Program-made: the position numbers and the translations under genes
Shown: piece after piece, positions 22,662 through 33,795 of the stretch
Layout of the letters: each line of letters begins with the position of its first letter
Numbering within the stretch: the first letter of the stretch is position 1
DNA from: Naegleria gruberi
Taxonomy: Eukaryota
Length of the DNA: 64,000 bases
Reading direction: 5' to 3' (one strand)
Assembly: GCA_000004985.1 (NCBI GenBank)
Contig: GG738925.1
Notes under the pieces: model-generated
What the model was told of the DNA's origin: nothing
The model's input: only the letters and a program-made list of their open reading frames with translations
Databases searched by the model: none

Positions 22662-22951
22662 TACTTTACAAACAGTTTTACTCCAGTAACCTTAACCAAT
22701 ATCCATAAAATTATTCCACTTTATTCCGCTTCTTCTAAATCACTTTTGGAAGCAATTAAAAACTGCGCCATCCCTCTTTGACTTGGAATTAAACAAGAAC
22801 CATTCAACAATGCACAGCCATCAAGAGTTTTTAAAAAGAAACTCAAAAAAATCAAAACAGTCTTGCTGGCGTTGTTGTATGATTCATTGTCTGTTATCTT
22901 TATACAAAATCAACATCATCTATCCGAGTAACAACTTGATAATTTTCAAAG

Positions 22952-25900
22952 ATGACGATGAATAACATCAGACGAAATCATCATCATTACTACAGCAGTC
23001 AATATTGTTGGTGGAGAGAATCATCTCTGACTGTCATCTTTATACTGCTGCTGTCGAGTCTTGTACTGTTGAATGGACCAAGCACTCTCATCACTGCACA
23101 AAGACCTGGGCCATTCAATCCGAATAATCCGAGTGGACCTCCATCTCCTAATTTTCAAGATGATTCTACTCAACCACAAGGAATTTGTGCAAATGGCTCA
23201 ACAACATGGGATCAGGATATTTGTACGGAAACTAGTGAATTGTCGTCTCTTTCGATAAGACCTAGCTATTGTAAGAATATTAATCCCTATGTGATTCCGT
23301 ATCCTTTCAGTGATCATGAGTTTAGTGTCAAGTTGAGTCCTGATTGTTATGATTACAAAACTGGATTGAATTCAAATGATATTGAGAGAGCTGAGTGTGA
23401 AACAGTTAAATCAATCAGTTCTGTGGAGTTTGGACCTTTTGTTTTGCCTGATTTGAATGTTACAAGTAAGAGATTTTCATTGTTTGGAATGAATACTGGT
23501 GAAATCTATGCAATGGATTTTAACACGAATGAACTTTTCCAATTTGAAAATCAAACCAGTGACCCAATTAAGAAATTGGATGCCTTTGTGTTGGGATTGA
23601 ACAATACTGCAGCTTATATCATCTCTTCGGATGGTCAACACTCTTTAAAAGTTCTCTATTTTAACTATCTCAATAGAGAAACAAGTGCTCTATGTGAAAA
23701 AATTACCTATAACGAAAGTGTTGTGGATTTTAAGAGTTTGAATGTTGATGGACAATTATACTTGGTTGCTCTGACATCTTCCTCATTGGAATCTTCGACC
23801 AAATATCTTAAATTCTCAAAAATGGATGAATATTGCAATATTGTGATGAATGAATTTACTTATTCTATTCAACCTCCAAAAGGAAGCTCTAAAATTTCAT
23901 TTGACATTTTCACACAAGCTATCAACAATACTGCTTCCTATTCTCCTTCTATTTATACTAGATCTTCATCTATTCCAACCAGAAATATCATCTCTGTACA
24001 AACAGAACAATCAGTTTCAGTTATCAATTTTGTCACTAAAGATTTGAATCTTGACTTGCATAGTAATTCAACATCACCATACTTGGTTTTTACAACCAAT
24101 GCTGGCAGTGGTCAACACATTACCAGTAGTTCTTTCATCACAGAAGAATTGAGAAGAATTGATTTTGCTACCAATTCTTCAACAAGTTGTTCACTTTCTG
24201 AGGGAGAATTGAGATTCCCTTCACAAGAAGTTCACTTACTTGTTACTTTATTTGATGGAACAAACTCAACATTAATCGTTAGAAATTTACCTGAATTTTC
24301 AGCATTTACTCTCAAGAATTTATCTGATATGCTAACTAATGAACATCCATTCAATAGAGATTTTGCGTGTGATATTGCTGCTGGATATTACCAATCTGGA
24401 CCTAATACTTGTGTTTTGGCCAATGAATATAGTATTCCTTTGGAAGCAAAAGCTACTCAAGTTCACTCAAGATTCATTGATATTCCTGAACTTATTAAGG
24501 AGTATTTGGCTCAAGTTACAACAGAAAGCTCCAAGAATACAGAGCAGTTCAGAACAGCTGTTAACTTGTTGTGTATTGTTAGTGCTGGAGGTGATCCTAT
24601 GAATCCAAACAGACCATTCGATCCAAATAGATATATGGCCTGTGTACAAGCTTTGACAACAAGTATGGGAAGTGTCACTTGTCAAGCACAAGCATTTGGA
24701 GCTTTAGGAACTGAAAATCTCAGACAATTGATGAACGATTATTTGCAGTACAACGTTTTCATCACTATGGAGAATAATGCCTTGTTAGTTTTGGGAGTTC
24801 AACAAAGATTTTGTGATCCACTCTCAAAAGAACTTATCATTAAGCCTTTCAACAAGTTGCAACTCATTGGCAGAGCCATTAACACATACATTTCTGGCAA
24901 TGGTCAACATATCTTCATATCCATAACAAGGAAAAAATGGGAAATTGAATCATTAGCTAGATACAAGGAAATTTGTGATATGTTGGAAGAAGACCCAGAT
25001 AATATCTTCCTCAAAGATTATAGAACTTCGTGCATCAAAAATCCAGCCAAACCAATCAATATTAATACCTTTGGTTTCTACCTGTCAAGTTGCTTCCCTG
25101 GCATTTATTGTCCATCTTTGACAAAGAATGAATTGCAAGCAGTTCCTGACAAGTTTTACACTGAGAGACCAAATACACTCCTTCCATGTCCTATTGGCAG
25201 CTTTTGTACATTGGGTTTCAAGAGAGATTGTATCACTGGCTTTGTTTGTGATAAACCAATGATGGTTCTTCCAAAACCATGTACAGATAACGATTACAAT
25301 TGTTATGCTAGTGGATTGGCTGCTCCTTTTGCTCCTTCCAAGGGAACAGTAACTTTGGCTCCTTATTTCCCTACTCTTCCGATTGCTCCTGGATTGTACA
25401 TTGAGAGACATAGTGAAATTGATTTGGATATTAGAAAGTGCAGTGTTGGAGATTATTGTCCTTTAGCAAGAGCTCTTGATGTTCCAACATTTGGAACTGA
25501 GAATGTCAGTATTTTGGACTGTCCTGCTGGTACAGTCTGTTCAGATCCCTTTGTTATTACACCAAAAACTTGTTTTTACAATGGATCATACAGCAGCTAT
25601 TGTCCAACAGGAACTTCTGAAGAATTGCCTTGTCCAGCTGGACATTACTGTCTAGGACCTTCATCTATTAAGGAATGCAGAAGAACTCAGTACTGCCCTG
25701 CTGGTACTCTGATTCCAACTGCTTGTCCTGGTGGCTACTATTGTTCAACTCCTTCTGAAAAATTGATTTGTCCAAAAGGTCATTATTGTCCAGAAGGAAC
25801 TGTAATGCCTCATCCTTGTGGTTGGTTGTCTTTGTGTGGCGAAGGAAAATCCAATGTTGACTTTAATATTCTTGGTTTCTTCTTTGTTTTCATTTGTTTA

Positions 25901-28241
25901 ATGTTAGTTGTTGGTATTCACTCGCTCATTAAATATGTCAGATCTGTTAGTAATAAGAAACGTGATTTGGAACATCAAGAAGCTGCCATGTTGGAAATGA
26001 AGGAAATGTCAGGTGACAATACCAATTCTAAAGATGTAAGATCTGCCTATGCCTCCAAGAACTTGAGACAATCTTACGGAGATAGCAAATTTGGTGTCAA
26101 TATTGCTTTTGAGGACTTGTGTTTAACCATTGAACAATCTGGAAAGACAACTAACATTTTGAGTGGTGTCAGAGGAGAAATTAGAAACTCTGAATTGTTA
26201 GCAGTTATGGGTTGTTCAGGTTCTGGTAAGACCTCTTTCATCACATCTCTTTGTGGTAAAGCATACTATGGTAATGTAACTGGTACCATCAAACTGAATG
26301 GAAATGAAGCCAGTTTGACAAAGTTTAGAAAGTTGACTGGATTTGTGCCACAATTAGATATCATGCAAAGTCAAATGACTGTTTATGAAACATTGTACTT
26401 TGCTGCTCGAACTAGATTGGATAAGAGAAAGACCAATGAGCAAGTAGACAAATTTGTGTCAAGTTTAATTTCCATTCTTGGATTGGATGATGTCAAACAC
26501 TCTATTATTGGTGATGAAAAGAAGAGAGGTATATCAGGAGGTCAAAAGAAGAGAGTGAATATTGGTCTTGAACTTGCAGCAGCTCCTAGTGTTTTATTTT
26601 GTAAGTATTTTGTTTCTTCCTTTCTTAAATTTGAATCTTTAATAATATAACAGTGGATGAACCAACTAGTGGATGTAAGTATTTAACAATGCTATTTGAC
26701 AGTTTTTCTAATTGTAATTACAGTGGACGCTTCTACATCAAGAGAAATTATTGAAATTCTTAGAAATGTTGCTGTTAATCAACACATTACAGTTGTAACA
26801 GTTATCCATCAACCTAGATATGAAATATTTGCCATGTTCCACAAGGTCATGTTGCTAGGAAAGGGAGGCAGAGTTGTCTATTGTGGTCCAAGCATTAAAG
26901 CTGTGGAATATTTTGAGAGTATTGGATTCAAATCTCTTCCAAATGCTAATCCTGCTGATTATATTATGGATGTTATTTCTGGAAATATTGAAAGAGAAGG
27001 TGATCCTGATTTTAAGGTTGAAGATTTGTTTACCATGTGGGAAGATCACAGACATTTGTATGAAGAAGATTCCGCATTGCTTTCACCATCAAGTGCTACC
27101 TCTCCAATTATTGAGAGGGAAGATGCTGATTCTGTGGAAAATTCTGAATTAAGCGGACCTACCAGTGTTGATTGTTCCTATGAAGTATTTAAGAAGGAGA
27201 ATGACAATAGAAAGATCAGTTACTTTACTCAATTCATGATGTGTTTGAAGAGATGTCTCTTCCAACTCACTAGAGACACTTCTGGATTTGTTTTGGATGT
27301 TGGTTTGGTTTACTTGGCAGGTCTCAGTATTGGTGTTATTTTCTATGAAAGTAGATATATTGGACCACCAGCAACCGAAGTGATTGATCAATGTCCTGAA
27401 GTAATGAGATACAAATGTTCCCTTCCAGTTAATGATCCAATCATGACTATGGCATCTATTCTTGGCTTAGGTTTGGCACTTTGTGGATTGATGAGCTCGC
27501 TGAGTAATTTTGGAGATGAAATCACAGTATTTATCAGAGAGTACGAAAGTAATATATCTCCAATGATGTACTTCTTGGCAAAGAATCTGATTCAAATTCC
27601 AATCATTATGATTACACCAGCAATCTTCATTTCCATCTTTTATATTATCAGTAACCCTCAAGGAGAGGTTTGGCAATAGTAAGTAACATTCAAATAGTAA
27701 TATGAACAACTTTAACAAATCAATTAATAGCTATGTTATTTTGATGAGTACAAACTTTGTGAGTTATGGAATTGGTTATCTATTATCACTAATCTTCCCT
27801 GCTTCATTAAGTAAGGTGGCTGGAGTAGTGTTTGTTGTGATTAATTATCTAGTTTCAGGTATTAGACCAACAATGAGTGAAATGGATGACATGTTCTTCC
27901 CAATGCCTTACATTTATTCCCTCTCCTTTTTGAGATATTCTACAGAAGCTCTCTATTTGACAGAAGTGAAGAAATATTCTCAAGTGTATGATGTAAATTC
28001 AGGTTTAGATTTAATGGGCTATGCCTTCAAGAATTTCCCTCGAATGGCCATAACTATTCCACTATTTGGTATCATCTATAGAATTTTAGCTTGTATTGCT
28101 CTTTTAATATTGCCTCCTTCATCACTAGTGAGACGAGTTGTAGGAAAGGTCATTGATTACAAGTCTCACATTGCCAAGATCAAGAAACTGATTGTCAGGA
28201 AAAAGCAACGTGATCATGAACAATTGAGCATTAATTATTGA
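22952..28241 (+). CDS. ABCG-type half transporter with ~930-aa N-terminal Cys-rich ectodomain; 4 exons: 22952..26600, 26654..26674, 26724..27678, 27731..28241 (1711 aa)
   Basis: Signal peptide LTVIFILLLSSLVLLNGPSTLITAQ. The membrane-proximal ectodomain carries repeated CP(A/T/K/G)G..YC motifs (CPAGTVC, CPTGTSEELPCPAGHYC, CPAGTLIPTACPGGYYC, CPKGHYCPEGTVMPHPC) of GCC2/GCC3 (ephrin-receptor-like) type. TM ILGFFFVFICLMLVVGIH. NBD with Walker A GCSGSGKTS, signature ISGGQKKRVNIG and Walker B VLF|LDEPTSG|LD. The Walker B/D-loop heptapeptide lies on a 21-nt micro-exon between introns of 53 and 49 nt (GTAAGT..ACAG/TACAG). The TMD carries about six TM segments after a third 52-nt intron. All junctions checked for phase against the tool ORFs. 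Confidence 0.8.
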
Positions 28242-28334
28242 GTCTACCATTCATCTATTTCTTTGTCCAACAAGTAAAGTATGAAATCATTATCTTTTCA
28301 TTTGTTACTTGCAAAATGTCAGAATTATAATAAA

Positions 28335-28622
28335 TTAATATCTCCAACGTCTGAGTATTCTAATCAAAGAGCCAGCTTGTAACCCACTTTCCGAAACTGT
28401 TTTACCCTCCTGCAACACCTTTGTATGCAAGAACAAAACCTCTCCTCTCTCCATAAATCTCGTCTCACAATTAATTCTATTTTTTAAATTCATAATATCT
28501 TCATCGGGTTCCACAGTAACAATCAGAGAGTGATTATCGTACGTCCTCACCTCAATATCAAATGATTTTCCTGTTGCTGATGATGATGCAGCTGTTGTAT
28601 TCGTGCTATCTTCATTGCTCAT
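28335..28622 (-). CDS. Small ubiquitin-like-fold protein, 95 aa
   Basis: FDIEVRTYDNHSLIVTVEPDEDIMNLKNRI...EGKTVSESGLQAGSLI follows the beta-grasp UBL pattern. No GG terminus (ends RILRRWRY). aaaaaATG context. Confidence 0.5.
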   Translation of the reverse strand: MSNEDSTNTTAASSSATGKSFDIEVRTYDNHSLIVTVEPDEDIMNLKNRINCETRFMERGEVLFLHTKVLQEGKTVSESGLQAGSLIRILRRWRY

Positions 28623-28710
28623 TTTTTTAAAATTAATTTTTATTGTAAATTTTTAAAAATATTTGCCGCCAAACTGAATGAACTTTGAAAAACTCAACCA
28701 AAAAAAAATG

Positions 28711-29814
28711 TTGGATTTGTATGAAGTTTTTCCGTTCGTGATGGATTTGGGGTCATCATCAATAAAGGCTAGTTTGGTGAATAATGAATGCGTTCCGAGA
28801 TGTGATGTGATGAATGGTGTGATGAAGAATGATAAACCTAGATATAAATTTGATAGTATGAAAGGCTTGTTGGTGGAAGATGTAATTGAAAGGCCGATGA
28901 AAGAGGGAGAAATTGTTGATTGGTTTTTGATGGATTCAGTGTTGGGGGATACTTTCTATAAGGAATGCAGAACTGAGGTTGCTGAATATCCAATGGCTAT
29001 TTCTGTTTCTTCATATTTTGGATTGAAAGATAGGTATAAATTGGCAGAAATATTATACGAAACTTATTGTAGCCCTTCTGTGATGTTTGTAAATCAGGGT
29101 AGAGCTTCTTTGAGGAGATATGCCAGAACTGGTGTTGATGTTAGCATTGGAGCAGGTGTTGCCTGTGTTTTACCTGTGGTGGATGGAAAAATAATTAAGG
29201 AAAATATCAAAAAGTTAAATGTAAATGGAAATGATTTAACAAATTATCTTGGGCAATTAATTGCCAAAAAGGGAATTTCAACTGGTACTGAACTGGATCC
29301 AAAGTATTGTGAAGGTGTAAGGAATATTGATACCATCAAGGCAAAGTGTTTCCTTCTAGATGAATATATTGAAGAAAGCACAACACCAGAGCAATCTTTC
29401 ACTTTTGATGACTGCACTATTTCCCTTGGAAAGGAACTGTATCAAGCTCCAGAACCTCTATTCCAACCTCATTTGATTGGTAAGGATTGCCCAGGATTGG
29501 CTGAAGTTATTCATTCATGCATTAGCTCTTGTGAAGTGGATACTAGAGAACAATTGTATCAGAATATTGTCTTTTCAGGTGCTTCTTCTCTCTTTAAAAA
29601 TTTGGCTCAAAGATTAAAGAAGGAGTTAGGCGAGCTTGCCCCAAATAATTACAAAATTGGTGTTACAGCCCCTCCAGAAAGCAAGTATAGCGTATGGATG
29701 GGTACATGCGCTGAAGCTGAAAGCTTTTACAACCACGACAAGTGGGTCACCCGTGAAATGTATGAAGAACAAGGTGAGGCAATAACTTCAAAATTCTCCA
29801 CCACTATTTGTTAA
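28711..29814 (+). CDS. Divergent actin-related protein (Arp), ~367 aa
   Basis: N-terminal VMDLGSSSIKA corresponds to the actin phosphate-1 loop (DNGSGxxKxG). C-terminal KYSVWMGTCAEAESFYNHDKWVTREMYEEQGEAI corresponds to actin KYSVWIGGSIL...WISKQEYDE. Start taken at the ATG in caaaaaaaaATG context (28711) inside the tool ORF 28678..29814. Confidence 0.65.
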   Translation: MDLYEVFPFVMDLGSSSIKASLVNNECVPRCDVMNGVMKNDKPRYKFDSMKGLLVEDVIERPMKEGEIVDWFLMDSVLGDTFYKECRTEVAEYPMAISVSSYFGLKDRYKLAEILYETYCSPSVMFVNQGRASLRRYARTGVDVSIGAGVACVLPVVDGKIIKENIKKLNVNGNDLTNYLGQLIAKKGISTGTELDPKYCEGVRNIDTIKAKCFLLDEYIEESTTPEQSFTFDDCTISLGKELYQAPEPLFQPHLIGKDCPGLAEVIHSCISSCEVDTREQLYQNIVFSGASSLFKNLAQRLKKELGELAPNNYKIGVTAPPESKYSVWMGTCAEAESFYNHDKWVTREMYEEQGEAITSKFSTTIC

Positions 29815-29882
29815 ATTAATGTATTGTTAAGACTTGTAAATTAGATAATGAGGTAATATCATTTTTATCAGAATTTAACACT

Positions 29883-31064
29883 TTACAATGAAAAATGATA
29901 AACCTCTCTTTTAAAATCCAAATCACCAAAATGATATCCACAAATTGACTTGAGTTCAAATTTGTAAAACCCAACATCCACAATTCCAGAAACATTTGTA
30001 GAATATGCCAAATTAGACGAAAAAGGAGTTTGTGAATGATGACATGTTTTCTCTACTATTATGGAAAATGATTCTCCGGTATTCATTATTTCAGGACTGA
30101 CTCTAGCTTTGAGAATATTGTATGGATGAATTTGAGTGCGCTTAATGTACCATCCAGCAGACGAATCTGTAATTCCATAGAAGAAACATCCAATTAATAC
30201 TCTATAGATTCCAACATCTTTACAATCGTGGAAGGTATTTGTGTTATGTTTGTCGTAGATTCGATTTTTAAGAAGGTTTGGTGTGAAATGTCTGTAAATG
30301 CTGTCAATAGTTTTGAGATTGGAGGTAAAGTGGCGAGTCAAATCCAGCATGAAACACGAATTACTACCATCAATTTTACCCATTAAAAAGTAATTACACA
30401 AGTTTGTGGTTGAATTAGTGTCAAATGTCTTGAGTTTGATGTACAGTTGTTTCTTTTCATTATCCACATCAAGAATTTCCACCAACCTCGAAAGAATTTC
30501 ATTCTCCAACATTAAGTTAACATTCTTACATTCAGCAATATTCAAATACTTTACAACATCCACAATCGAATCAAATTTCAAATCAAATTCAATATGCATC
30601 ACATTCGTATTCTTTCTCTCTTGATTCGTATATGAATTGAACATCAAATTTCTCTTATTTTCACTCGCAACATTGAAATCCACATTAGTTTTCACATCCT
30701 TAACAATGCTCTTATGATCAAAATCACATTTAAATCGAATTACAATCTTGGATCTTTTGATATTAGTAAAATATTCGAGTGGATTCGAGCTGATTAGTAT
30801 ATTTCCATTTCTGGTTTGATTCTCAAGTTCTAGATCGTCATTGGCACCTTCAAGTTTGGGATTAATTTTGTGCTTTAACTCCAGCAGACGTTCCTCCAGA
30901 TTTGCAATTCTTCTCCGATCATGAAAATAAACTTTGGTCTTGACAATAATTCCGAAACTTTGTAAAATTTCCAACAATGATGAAGATTTTGCTGATGATG
31001 ATGATCTAGAATGATTCTCATGTTGTTTTTCTTTGTGGTGTTCATAATTTTGATGTTTTGACAT
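29883..31064 (-). CDS. Hypothetical protein, 393 aa
   Basis: Long ORF. Start assigned to the second in-frame ATG (MSKHQNYEHH) because it sits in a ccaaaaaaATG context. No motif recognised. Confidence 0.5.
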   Translation of the reverse strand: MSKHQNYEHHKEKQHENHSRSSSSAKSSSLLEILQSFGIIVKTKVYFHDRRRIANLEERLLELKHKINPKLEGANDDLELENQTRNGNILISSNPLEYFTNIKRSKIVIRFKCDFDHKSIVKDVKTNVDFNVASENKRNLMFNSYTNQERKNTNVMHIEFDLKFDSIVDVVKYLNIAECKNVNLMLENEILSRLVEILDVDNEKKQLYIKLKTFDTNSTTNLCNYFLMGKIDGSNSCFMLDLTRHFTSNLKTIDSIYRHFTPNLLKNRIYDKHNTNTFHDCKDVGIYRVLIGCFFYGITDSSAGWYIKRTQIHPYNILKARVSPEIMNTGESFSIIVEKTCHHSQTPFSSNLAYSTNVSGIVDVGFYKFELKSICGYHFGDLDFKREVYHFSL

Positions 31065-31115
31065 TTTTTTGGACAGGTAAAATTGGTCAACCTGCAAACT
31101 GAAATTGAAACCTAT

Positions 31116-31907
31116 TCACACAATCAATCTCCTCAACATTTTCAATGACTTTTCTAAAATTTGTATTTCAATAGGATTGAAAAATCGAATGAAAATTTCC
31201 TTCATTTCAACTTTTTCCACAAATAATTCATAAATCAATTGAAGAAATTCATTTCCCTCCTTCCATGCCTTCTCTACATGTCTGGTATTCCAGAAAATTC
31301 TACTGCCATCCTTTAAATAGTACATGATTATTGAGTAATTGTCGTTGTGGAGTATTTCAATGTGTTTTGTAATCATTAGTGGAATGTTTGAATAGTCAAT
31401 TGTTTGAAATTGATTTTTGATATTGAAATTGTTCATGTTTTCATATAAAATTTTGTGTAATTTCTGACATTTTCTCTTCAATTTTCCATTTTCAATTGTA
31501 GATTTTCCAATAAACTTCTTCAACCATTCACAATCCTCATTGGCAGATGTCATTTCCAACCTTTTCAATCCTTTTTCAATATATTTCAAACAAGAATTCT
31601 CATTCAGTAACTGCAATTTTCCATCCAATAATCCAATCCTCTCACATTCACTCACAAACTGTGCAGGTAACATGAAAAATGCTGAATAATATTCGGAATT
31701 AATCAAATTCATTGAATTTAAATTATTAAACACTTGTTCCTCATCAATTGCCAATTCCTCAATCTTTTCCTTCTTGAATAATTCATCATGGAAATTATCT
31801 GGAATGAAAATTTTCCTTTCACTTTCCAAATTATTGGAAAATCCAAAATTATTGTAATTGGAATGATGATTGGACGAAGAAAAAATAATTTGCTTCGGAA
31901 TAATCAT
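31116..31907 (-). CDS. Hypothetical protein, 263 aa
   Basis: Uninterrupted ORF on the minus strand with ordinary composition. No motif recognised. Confidence 0.4.
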   Translation of the reverse strand: MIIPKQIIFSSSNHHSNYNNFGFSNNLESERKIFIPDNFHDELFKKEKIEELAIDEEQVFNNLNSMNLINSEYYSAFFMLPAQFVSECERIGLLDGKLQLLNENSCLKYIEKGLKRLEMTSANEDCEWLKKFIGKSTIENGKLKRKCQKLHKILYENMNNFNIKNQFQTIDYSNIPLMITKHIEILHNDNYSIIMYYLKDGSRIFWNTRHVEKAWKEGNEFLQLIYELFVEKVEMKEIFIRFFNPIEIQILEKSLKMLRRLIV

Positions 31908-32129
31908 CAGATCTCCATCATGTGTTTTTTAAATTCGTGAGCAAGAAAATCAATATTTGAAGGATAGGAATGAGGAGAGGAAATTTTGTAAATGTGCATT
32001 TGGAGGAGGTGAATGAATTTTTCAGTTTGAAGTTCTTCCATTTTTTTTTTAAAAATTAATAGAATTCTATTAGAACTTCAAACTGAAAAATTCAGAATTC
32101 TATTAGAATTTTTGCAAATTTGGAAATTT

Positions 32130-32478
32130 TTATTTTTTACCAGAATTGGAAGTTACGATGGATGGAGCCCAAGCATTTCCTTCAATTCCACACTCATTGG
32201 TTCCTCTAATAATGTTTCTCCTCATCCTTAATAAAATTCACAAATTTTAAGATAATTTTCAAAGTGTCATCTTTCAAAACATAAATTATTCAACTTACTT
32301 TCAGACCATGAGTTTGCAACTGTCCAACAAGGTTTCTTTGTTTGAGAATCATCTCCAAATCCATCATGGAGGTCATCTCTGAGACGTGGTGCGTTGGAAA
32401 TCTTGTAACTTGTTGGAATTGATCCATCTTGACATTTGGAATGCATTGTTCAGAAACACCACCTGATTGCATAAAGTA
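32130..32478 (-). pseudogene. Degenerate tandem duplicate of the last two exons of the adjacent cathepsin B-like gene (pseudo-exons ~32299..32478 and ~32130..32205)
   Basis: It starts right after a cttaacag acceptor with YFMQSGGVSEQCIPN, paralogous to exon 4 of the upstream gene ([15 protein letters not shown]). A frame shift and a ~50-codon deletion then remove the catalytic His region (SKCQDGSIPTSYKISNA...GFGDDSQTKKPCWTVANSWSE). GTAAGT donor, then a last exon RGTNECGIEGNAWAPSIVTSNSGKK*. There is no room for 5' exons, because the intact gene's stop lies at 32535. Confidence 0.6.
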
Positions 32479-32534
32479 CTGTTAAGAAAAAAGAAAGAAT
32501 TAGAGAGCTGTCTCTGACAAGTAGATATGTGGTT

Positions 32535-33742
32535 TTAATATTTAACAAATTTATCAACATCAGCTCTTGGAGACCATACATTACTCTCAATTCCACACTC
32601 ATTAGATCCTCTCAAAATCCAAAAATGTCCTTGATCTCCCCATTCTATTCATAAATAAACAAGAAATCAAATTATTAGAAACTCACAGTCTCCAAAAGAA
32701 CAACTTACTTTCTCCCCAAGAATTAGCAATAATCCAATAAGGCTTCTTTGAAAGTGAATCCATTCCAAAACCAATAATGACAATGGCATGGCCACCAATT
32801 TCATTTCCAGTAAGATGAGAATAGACACCTGACTGATAGCTCATCAGATCCTTATAAACTGTCAAACTTGCATGAACTGGTCCATAATTTTGAATTTCAT
32901 ACATGATACTATCTAATCCTTTTATGGATGCATAGGATTTTGCCTTGTAGAAAGATGGAGCTTTACCATCGACACATTTGGATGGACAGTCATCGTCATC
33001 ATTGTTTTTATAAGGTCTACATTGTTCAGAAACTGATCCAACATTGGTCAAGAACTGCAAGAGTTTCGAATAATCAGTGAGAAATGAAACTTACATTCCA
33101 TGTTTTTGGTAGACTTCCTCCACTACATCCAAGATTATCCATATTACAATCAATTTGATATTGAGGAGACATGATTACATTCACAGAACCATTACTAGCA
33201 ATGCAAAATCTATCTGAAAGCACCTTCGTGGCAGAAACTAAATCATTGAACTCAATCCAAACTTCCATTGCCAAATTGAAATTACTTACAAGCCCAACAA
33301 GATCCACAATCCAATTGATTTCTCACAGTATGCACACATTGAGGCCACTTTTGTCTCGAATCGAAATTAGTTGGTGGTGTGTAAGCAGTTGGTGGTCCAG
33401 TTACGATGCTAAATCTTGATTTTGATGATGGTGTTATAGCTTCTTCATGAATTGCTCCTAAATATTTCTATCCTCCGTATACAATTATAACATCGTGATG
33501 ATAATATAAATTGATGATGAATAGAGAAAACATACTTGCTTAAACTCTCCGACAGTCATATTAGCAAACTTTTCATAGACTTTTGCCTTCCATGATGATT
33601 TCGGATTGTTATTGATGGAGTGAATAACATGATGGTCATGAATTGGTTCATGATGAGATGCCATTTCTCCCATAGCTACTATAGCAGAGAACATTAAGGT
33701 TACTGCTGCTAAAACAACAACCAATAAAGAACCCCTAAACAT
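32535..33742 (-). CDS. Cathepsin B-like papain-family cysteine protease, 5 exons (33536..33742, 33290..33467, 33095..33237, 32709..33054, 32535..32644; 327 aa)
   Basis: Signal peptide and propeptide. [25 protein letters not shown]|F carries the active-site Cys and is split by a 52-nt intron. Then [53 protein letters not shown], catalytic His in [15 protein letters not shown], and ANSWGE|[23 protein letters not shown]. Introns of 68, 52, 40 and 64 nt are all GT(A/ATGT)..AG and in phase with the four tool ORFs. The occluding-loop His-His pair of classical cathepsin B is absent. Confidence 0.8.
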
Positions 33743-33795
33743 CCTTAAAATTTTTTATAAAGATTTTCTTATGTACAAGCTCGTATTATTTACAT

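Noticed and set aside
33171-33419. 82-aa + strand ORF inside the cathepsin locus
   Set aside because: Overlaps verified minus-strand exons 2-3 and intron 2.
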